This document shows, piece by piece, positions 57,882-64,000 of a stretch of DNA of 64,000 nt. Below the pieces are notes generated by a model. The model did not search any database, was not told the origin of the DNA, and worked only from the letters and a program-made list of their open reading frames with translations. This stretch comes from an uncultured delta proteobacterium (GTDB taxonomy: Bacteria > Bdellovibrionota > FAC87 > UBA2466): positions 2,592,001 through 2,656,000 of the forward strand of contig CAVZSV010000004.1 in the NCBI GenBank assembly GCA_963778115.1, read 5' to 3'. The translations under genes and the position numbers were made by a program. Each line of letters begins with the position of its first letter. Position 1 is the first letter of the stretch.

Positions 57882-58068
57882 TCTGCACTTGAGGCCTTCT
57901 CTCCTGGACGAGATCATGCAGCAGATTTTCGTGGAACATTTCATGGAACATCTTATCCAATAATAACTACAAACGATCATGAATTTCCAAAAGGGAAACT
58001 GTGCCGAAAATTGTTATGTTTCAGTGGTTTGTGCGGCAAATCAGTGCCTTAGAAGATCGGGCTGAATG

Positions 58069-58117
58069 AGATTTCTAATCTGGGGGTTGTTGGTTCAATC
58101 CCAACTGGGCCCAGACT
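58069..58117 (+). repeat. att site: third copy of the tRNA-Arg 3' half
   Basis: 49 bp identical to 40652-40700. Confidence 0.95.
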
Positions 58118-58338
58118 ACGCTCCTCAAACACCTCCGGTGTTTTCGGAGGCTACGTCTTGGCAAGCCAGACTTCTACGACGAAGGCTAAGCGTAGTCTGT
58201 CCCGCCGGAGTCTCGAGGAAAATCTCTTAACCCGTAAGTAGCAACATCGTCGAAAATTTCTAAACTTGTAGAATGCGTGCGAAGGAGAACAACGCGGAAC
58301 AGCTTCCAACTGGTACCCCTGTTGCATTTCCTTCTTGC

Positions 58339-58575
58339 ATGTACGTCTACATCCTTCAAAGTATCCGAAATCCAGACCGCTTTTACGTCGGCCAGGCCGA
58401 AAATTCTACTCAACGCCTCAACGAACACAACGCTGGTCAAGTGCGTTACACCAGTGCTCTCCGTCCCTGGAAACATTCGCTCGTGATCTGGTTTCCTAGC
58501 AAGGATAAGGCGCTACGCTTCGAGCGCTATCTCAAGACTGGCTCGGGCCGAGAATTCTCGCGGCGGCATTTCTAA
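58339..58575 (+). CDS. Small GIY-YIG nuclease
   Basis: YVYILQS...FYVG...RLNEHN...RPW...FERYLKTGSG. Confidence 0.9.
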   Translation: MYVYILQSIRNPDRFYVGQAENSTQRLNEHNAGQVRYTSALRPWKHSLVIWFPSKDKALRFERYLKTGSGREFSRRHF

Positions 58576-58609
58576 CCAAAGTTGACCCGTACTTATTGGG
58601 CCCAGAAGG

Positions 58610-60090
58610 CTAATCATTGATCACATCTTTCTTTAGCGAGCCACCCTTTTTCTAGAGTCAATAGTTCTGTGAGGCCCTTTCCTAGTATTTTCCAACCTGG
58701 CGGGCCATTCTGCTTAAGGTGGCCGCCGAGCCTCGCAACGGCTGAAATTGCTTCTGCGACCGTAGGATTTTCTGGGATGGGAGTTTTTGAGACCGCTCGG
58801 AGAACCGATATTTGAGTCGGGGTTAACACTACTGTCGCCGGGGTGAGTGGCCGTTGCCTGGCTTCCGCTCGCAAGAGCAGCATTCGCCAGGCGATTGGGA
58901 TAAAGATTGCCAAGGCATTGAAAATGGTATCTTTCGATTCGAGTTGCCGTTCTTCAAAGGCACATCCAGTTTTGATCGCCTTAAAATATTCTTCGATAAG
59001 CCATCTGGCTCGATAGATATCGATCACCTTTTCGATATCCGCGGGCGTATTGGTAGACTCGGTAGTGAGTAATTTCCAATCAATCGGCTCTGTTCCCTCC
59101 GGCGGATTGGACTCAAAGACGTGGACAACGTTGAGTGTCACAGTCTTATTTAATCTTGCTCCATGATGGTGACCTCGTATTAGCTCCACCCTTGCCGCTG
59201 TCGCCGATAACATGGCGGTTCGTTGCTGACGAGCGGGGTAGTCTTTTCTGTTTTGAGGTAAGGGACTTTGTGCTCTTGTTCCAACTCGGACTTCTCGTTG
59301 AAGCTTTACCGGAGCGCTCTCGAGTGAGCTGTAAAGGCTCACTCCTTCTTCTAGGTTTTCGTCTGTAACCAAACGATCTCGGCAGACTCGAATCACGCAG
59401 CGACCAGATGAATCTTTTAGTTCAGAAAGTAACTCGAAGAAATCTGCCTCACGGTCCATCACGTGAATAGGTTTCGCTGCGAAGCCCAATCTCGATTCGC
59501 TGGCCACAATTCCTCGCATCCAACGCAGAGACTTTCTCGTCGGATCTTGTCGCGTTTTGGACGGGCTTTGATAGCCTTTCTTCTTCAGCTTAATCATTGG
59601 CTCAACCGCCACAACCCCAAGAGGTCGATGCAAACAAGATCCCACAACTAAGGAAAAATGCCCGTAGAAACCGTCTCCCGCGGAGCGACTACCACTGAGC
59701 AAACCTAGCCCCTTACGTTTGGAAGGAAATTTGAACTCAGTCGTATCGTGGAGAACCAGAACTTCCTTTTCCAGTTTCGCTCGCAAAACCGTCTGCTCAA
59801 AATGGGATGCTAAAATCGACTCCAAATTCACACGGGGATTACGCAGAAAACGGTAACCTCCCTCAATTCCAGCTCCTTCTCCTAAAAGCTTGGGTAAGGT
59901 CTCTTTAGGATCTTGGGCGATACCGTCAGACATGTCCATTAACCTCCGGGTGAGTCGCAGATCGCCAAAATTAGCCCCAGCGAACTCATTCGACATGGAC
60001 GAAAAAAACTTAGGTTCAAGAGTATTACTCATCTAAATGATTGATCAAATTTCACAGAGAAAGGCAAGAAAAGATATGTATGATCCTTAG
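58610..60090 (-). mobile_element. IS4 family (IS50/Tn5-like) insertion sequence
   Basis: 9-bp TSD CCCAGAAGG (58601-58609, 60091-60099); imperfect IRs CTAA...CAYATCTTT (14/21 match). Confidence 0.92.
58614..60032 (-). CDS. IS4 family transposase (Tn5-like)
   Basis: GDLRLTRR, HDTTE, VMDREAD, YRARWLIEEYFKAIK (YREK), LGGHL..GPPGW. Confidence 0.95.
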   Translation of the reverse strand: MSNTLEPKFFSSMSNEFAGANFGDLRLTRRLMDMSDGIAQDPKETLPKLLGEGAGIEGGYRFLRNPRVNLESILASHFEQTVLRAKLEKEVLVLHDTTEFKFPSKRKGLGLLSGSRSAGDGFYGHFSLVVGSCLHRPLGVVAVEPMIKLKKKGYQSPSKTRQDPTRKSLRWMRGIVASESRLGFAAKPIHVMDREADFFELLSELKDSSGRCVIRVCRDRLVTDENLEEGVSLYSSLESAPVKLQREVRVGTRAQSPLPQNRKDYPARQQRTAMLSATAARVELIRGHHHGARLNKTVTLNVVHVFESNPPEGTEPIDWKLLTTESTNTPADIEKVIDIYRARWLIEEYFKAIKTGCAFEERQLESKDTIFNALAIFIPIAWRMLLLRAEARQRPLTPATVVLTPTQISVLRAVSKTPIPENPTVAEAISAVARLGGHLKQNGPPGWKILGKGLTELLTLEKGWLAKERCDQ

Positions 60091-60474
60091 CCCAGAAGGA
60101 GAGTGACACCTCTTCTATCAAAGACCTAAAGCCATTGGCGGATAGCCATAAACTCTGGCTTGAAATCGGTATTGGCTCGGCATGCCGAACGGTACGAGTA
60201 GAGATCTACTACTCGGAGAAGCTTAGGCGATGGGTGGCTCGCACAGAGGCTGATTCAGCTCTTTGCGATAACCTCAAGGCCTTGCCTATTTATCGACCAT
60301 TGGTGCGCAACGCTAGCGAAACTACCTACGAGGTGTGCGCAGTAAGATAAACAAAAGCCGGGGGCGGATTCGTTGGATCCGTTCCCGGTGTATGTTGCGA
60401 TGAATCGATCAGTTTGAGGCTACCGAATTGAGCAAATAATTGCCGTGATCCAACCGCTAAGATAAATTTCGGGG

Positions 60475-60906
60475 ATGCTCACGGAAACAGGAATCATTTT
60501 GGGGTTAGCTCTAGGAACCTACACTGGTGAAGGTGTTTGGCATGACAGCGCATCGATTAGCCATAAGTACGCTATCGAGATGCGGATTGAAAAGCTACCA
60601 ACCGGAAACTTTCGCCAATGGTTCAAACATACTTTTTTTGAAGAAGGCAATCAGGTCATTGAACAAACCGTTGATTTTCTCTTTCGGGAAAATGGTATTT
60701 TTGACTTGGCCCTCGTGGGCACCCCGATTAAGGGGCGCGGGTATTGTTCTAAGTCAGCCTGCCATTACTCAATTCCTGTTCCAAATAATCTGGTCGAAGT
60801 AACACAGTTTTTTGCTCCCGATGGTTCCATACGAGGGATTGGGTCGGCCGAGAAGAATGCGCAAGGAAACTATATTTGGTGGGAGGAGCAGCTTTCACGA
60901 AATTGA
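60475..60906 (+). CDS. Hypothetical protein
   Basis: 143-aa beta-rich ORF adjoining the next gene. Confidence 0.65.
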   Translation: MLTETGIILGLALGTYTGEGVWHDSASISHKYAIEMRIEKLPTGNFRQWFKHTFFEEGNQVIEQTVDFLFRENGIFDLALVGTPIKGRGYCSKSACHYSIPVPNNLVEVTQFFAPDGSIRGIGSAEKNAQGNYIWWEEQLSRN

Positions 60907-60916
60907 AGCCACAGCT

Positions 60917-62071
60917 ATGACTGGAGAACTGGATTCCATTGTATTCGATCTCGACGGAACTCTCTGGGATACCTGCGCCACATGTGCGGTAGCATGGAAC
61001 CGCGTTAAAAAGCGTAACAACATCCCTTTTCGAGACGTTTCTGCGGAGGATGTTCGAAGCGTAACAGGTTTGGCCCATGAGAAGTGTATTAGGCAGGTCT
61101 TTCAAGGACTTTCAGAACGAGAACTGAAAGTCCTCATCGAGGAAACCCAGACTGAGGATAATATCGCGGTTGCAGAGCTGGGAGGAAACCTATATCCGGG
61201 AGTTTCGGAGGGACTACTTAGTCTGAGTGAAGCGCTCCCCATCTTCATAGTGAGCAATTGTCAATCCGGTTACATTGAACAGTTTTTGGAGATGCATCGC
61301 TTTACTAAATATTTTCGGGATTTCGAATGTTGGGGAAACACGGGGCACTCAAAATCGGAAAACCTTAAAAACCTTATCAAGCGCAATCAATTAAAGTCTC
61401 CGGTTTTCGTCGGCGATACTAAGGGGGACGAAAAGGCAGCTATCGATAATGGAATTCCATTCTGGCACGTCACCTACGGCTTCGGGGATTGTGATAGCTT
61501 TGCAGCTCAATTCCGTGAATTTCCTGATTTGGTTCAACATACCATTACGAGTGTTAAGTTCAGAATGGAAGAAATACTCGCGACCGATTCTCTTCGACTG
61601 AACGAAATAGGGAAATTTCGGCTTGAGGTTTGGAGAGAAGAAACAGAGGTAAATGAATCGTTGTTTCCAGACGGGATTTGGATTGAGCCTTTGGACTACG
61701 AGGCAAGACACTGGATTGTCAGGGATGCGGAAGGAATAGTCGCTTCCGCCAGACTTACGATACATCCCACGTTGGCGGAAAATCCCGACGGGTATCTCCT
61801 TATCCGAGCCAGTATGTCTGCCCCCATTCCAGCGGCCCATCTATGCAAGCTTGTTGTTCACAAACGAGCTAGGGGCAACGGGGTCGGAGACCAATTGAAT
61901 AAGGTTCGTATAGATGCTGCAAAAAAGATGGGTGCGAAGAGCATCATCGTAACAGCATCGGAGGGAAATAGTCGCCTGTTACACCGTGTGGGATTTACAG
62001 ATACGGGAATTAGAGAAACCTTCCCAAATCGACCTGGCTTCGAATTCAAAGCCATGCGATTAGATTTTTGA
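60917..62071 (+). CDS. HAD hydrolase fused to a GNAT domain
   Basis: FDLDGTLWD, VSN, VGD...D; C-terminal VVHKRARGNGVG. Confidence 0.88.
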   Translation: MTGELDSIVFDLDGTLWDTCATCAVAWNRVKKRNNIPFRDVSAEDVRSVTGLAHEKCIRQVFQGLSERELKVLIEETQTEDNIAVAELGGNLYPGVSEGLLSLSEALPIFIVSNCQSGYIEQFLEMHRFTKYFRDFECWGNTGHSKSENLKNLIKRNQLKSPVFVGDTKGDEKAAIDNGIPFWHVTYGFGDCDSFAAQFREFPDLVQHTITSVKFRMEEILATDSLRLNEIGKFRLEVWREETEVNESLFPDGIWIEPLDYEARHWIVRDAEGIVASARLTIHPTLAENPDGYLLIRASMSAPIPAAHLCKLVVHKRARGNGVGDQLNKVRIDAAKKMGAKSIIVTASEGNSRLLHRVGFTDTGIRETFPNRPGFEFKAMRLDF

Positions 62072-62149
62072 AGGCTTCATGAAGATAGAAAACGTGGCAA
62101 TATGGATCCTTTTCCTTGCAGAGAAAAAATTCGATGAGATTATGGGCGA

Positions 62150-62671
62150 ATGAATCCTAAAGAGCTGTCCTTTCGGCCTCTTCAAGAGTCAGACTTCACT
62201 CTTCTCCAACGGTGGCTTGTGAGCCCTCACGTTCGAAAGTGGTGGCATGAACCGCTCGAACTTGAAGGCGTCATTGCTAAGTATGGACCAAGAGTCAATG
62301 GCTCCGAACCGACACATGTTTATATAATTGAAAATGTGAAACGTCCCATTGGCTGGATTCAATGGTATCGCTGGAGTGATTACCCCGATCATTCGCGACA
62401 GATAGGGGCATCCAGCGACTCGGCTGGGATTGATCTAGCTATTGGAGAAGAAAGTGCGCTTGGGTTCGGGCTCGGAGCAACAGTCATTCAGCAATTCATA
62501 CTGCGTTTCATCTTCGTTGACCCGAGTATTGTTGCTGTCATAACTGATCCTCAGGAAGAAAATGTTCGGTCCAGACGCGCCTTCGAAAAAGCTGGGTTTC
62601 GACCAATGCAAACCGTGGTATTGAGGGACGAAACCTTTAAGCGAACAATCATTCGGCTTGATCGGAATTAG
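62150..62671 (+). CDS. GNAT acetyltransferase, AAC(6')-Ib-like family
   Basis: PHVRKWW, IGWIQ, GIDLAIGE, TDPQEENVRSRRAFEKAGF. Confidence 0.85.
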   Translation: MNPKELSFRPLQESDFTLLQRWLVSPHVRKWWHEPLELEGVIAKYGPRVNGSEPTHVYIIENVKRPIGWIQWYRWSDYPDHSRQIGASSDSAGIDLAIGEESALGFGLGATVIQQFILRFIFVDPSIVAVITDPQEENVRSRRAFEKAGFRPMQTVVLRDETFKRTIIRLDRN

Positions 62672-62675
62672 CTTT

Positions 62676-63512
62676 CTAAAATTTTGAGGCATGTCGTAAG
62701 AGAATTTCCGAAACTTGAATGGCTAAGCGCGGGTCTTGCTGATCCTCTAAAGACCAGCAAGCGCTTAGACAGCCATGAACAAATCCAAACGCCAACAGCC
62801 GACTGACATCAACTTTCATTTTTGTAGCCAGTGCCTTGGCAACATTTAACACCCGATACTCATCGGTGATAAGTTGGGGTAAATGGGGGTTAAAAAATGT
62901 GTTAGCGGCATCGTACGTTCGCTCACCGTAGATGCCTTTTGGATTTATCGCCAGCCAACCTCTCGCTTTGCTAAATAGAACATTCTGATGATGCATGTCA
63001 CCATGGAGAATAACTTTCTCCCTTTCATCCGATAAAAGCCGCTTCGCCACTTCGACTGCTCTTCCAAACAGATTGGTCGCCTTAGGAGCTGCTTTTTCCG
63101 ACTCCATCTTGAACAGCGATGAAAATCGATCTCGCAGAGAGAGAAACTCGTCTGACTTTGTCGTCTGAGCCTCATGAAGTGCATTTAGGGTGTCAGCTAT
63201 AATGGAAGTTGCCTCGACTTCTTTACCCTCTTTTACCATTCCCGTAAGGTCTGGGCCCTCGGCAAATTCCAGGAGGTGGGCATGTTCATCTGCGTTCAGC
63301 AGGCGAATGGCACCACGCCCCGAGTAAGCCCTCAATGCCGCGGCACCGGATTTTTCATCTGCCTGTCCTAGTGGAGTAAAGACTTTTAGGATGGCTTTGC
63401 CTTCTTCGATGGAGACTTCAAAAACATTAGCTACGGGACTTCTTGAGATCTCTCTTGGACGGGAGAGATTCCAGCTTCTGCAGTAGCTATCTACGACGGG
63501 TGATTGTTTCAC
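62676..63512 (-). CDS. APH(6)/StrB-like aminoglycoside/hydroxyurea resistance kinase family protein
   Basis: AILK, GRGAIRLL, LHGDMHHQNVL, GWLAINPKG, GERTYD. Confidence 0.85.
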   Translation of the reverse strand: MKQSPVVDSYCRSWNLSRPREISRSPVANVFEVSIEEGKAILKVFTPLGQADEKSGAAALRAYSGRGAIRLLNADEHAHLLEFAEGPDLTGMVKEGKEVEATSIIADTLNALHEAQTTKSDEFLSLRDRFSSLFKMESEKAAPKATNLFGRAVEVAKRLLSDEREKVILHGDMHHQNVLFSKARGWLAINPKGIYGERTYDAANTFFNPHLPQLITDEYRVLNVAKALATKMKVDVSRLLAFGFVHGCLSACWSLEDQQDPRLAIQVSEILLRHASKF

Positions 63513-63561
63513 GAACGTGAATCCTCATTTTCGACGGCTTTTTTTTGCGTGCTATCGTCTT

Positions 63562-64000
63562 TCATACCTCGGCCCGCGAATAGAATATCGTATTGCAGAA
63601 ACTGGTAAGCTGGGACAGAGAGGAGATCCATACAATTTCTTTCGTGCCTTTAGCCTCACGGATTACTCGAACTATTTTTGGGCGCGTCATTGTGGGGAAA
63701 CGCCAAATAATTTGTGCGAGCCTGGGTAGTACGCTGAACTCTGGACATCCAAGCGGGACTTCACGTCTTTGTATGAAAAGATATCGCAAGGATCTTTGAA
63801 GTGCCCGGTAGAAGCAATACGGCCTTGGAAAATCTAGGAATACAATCGTATCAGCACTTTCGAGTACGCGCGTCGACACACCATCAATAATCCACCGGTC
63901 CCTCGAGAGGATGGGCATGAGCAACCTCTCCACCTCTTCCTTGGGAGTGGACACCCAACCAGACTGCCGCACAAATTGATCCAAATGAAATAGCGGAAGG
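63562..64000 (-). CDS. Adenylate-kinase-like / FlaR topology-modulation protein, C-terminal part
   Basis: LPLFHLDQ, WIIDG, ADTIVFLDFP, GCPE; 5' end outside the window. Confidence 0.8.
   Translation of the reverse strand, partial: LPLFHLDQFVRQSGWVSTPKEEVERLLMPILSRDRWIIDGVSTRVLESADTIVFLDFPRPYCFYRALQRSLRYLFIQRREVPLGCPEFSVLPRLAQIIWRFPTMTRPKIVRVIREAKGTKEIVWISSLSQLTSFCNTIFYSRAEV

Larger units (their letters stand above)
55288..58117. mobile_element. Genomic island 2 at tRNA-Arg (about 2.8 kb, no integrase)
   Basis: Flanked by tRNA 3' duplications; TGGAACATTTCRTGGAACATC near both ends (55347, 57932). Confidence 0.85.

Noticed and set aside
55245..58117. Additional tRNA genes at 55245 and 58069
   Set aside because: Only the 3' halves are present; no D arm or 5' acceptor strand
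60135..60350. 71-aa ORF after the IS
   Set aside because: TTG start and no recognisable motif; may be real but is unsupported
60100..64000. Integron cassette array for the resistance-like genes
   Set aside because: Mixed gene orientations, and no recognisable attC sites or intI

Overview
Bacterial chromosomal window. The many lineage-specific secreted/lipoproteins, an IleRS2 and heavy use of sigma54 promoters suggest a Bdellovibrionota/deltaproteobacterial-type organism (inference only). Layout: (1) 1-13 kb: hypothetical lipoproteins, a candidate sigma54-driven sRNA, ileS, a DcaP-like porin, and a metzincin lipoprotein plus HEAT-repeat protein. (2) 13-30 kb: general-stress-like cluster (OmpA, SDR, AI-2E, pyruvate oxidase, GH15, MFS, PAS kinase, an unannotated YHS protein, bacterioferritin-like protein, sedolisin), many with -24/-12 promoters. 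(3) 30-40 kb: decayed nucleotidyltransferase TA toxins, a CheB-CheR-PAS-kinase with its response regulator, and an AAA_14/DUF4143 ATPase-nuclease preceded by an exact 33-bp-period repeat array. (4) tRNA-Arg(TCT) at 40623 followed by two tandem integrase-less islands bounded by tRNA 3'-end duplications. The 14.5-kb island carries TolC-MacA-MacB, a (GGGGMM)n outer-membrane protein, an OmpR/HK system and a shared 10-bp-period motif. The 2.8-kb island carries a GNAT, a cyclase and a HigBA-like TA pair. (5) A GIY-YIG module, an IS4/IS50-like element with a 9-bp TSD, and aminoglycoside-modifying-like genes. All product calls come from motif recognition by eye; no database searches were run.
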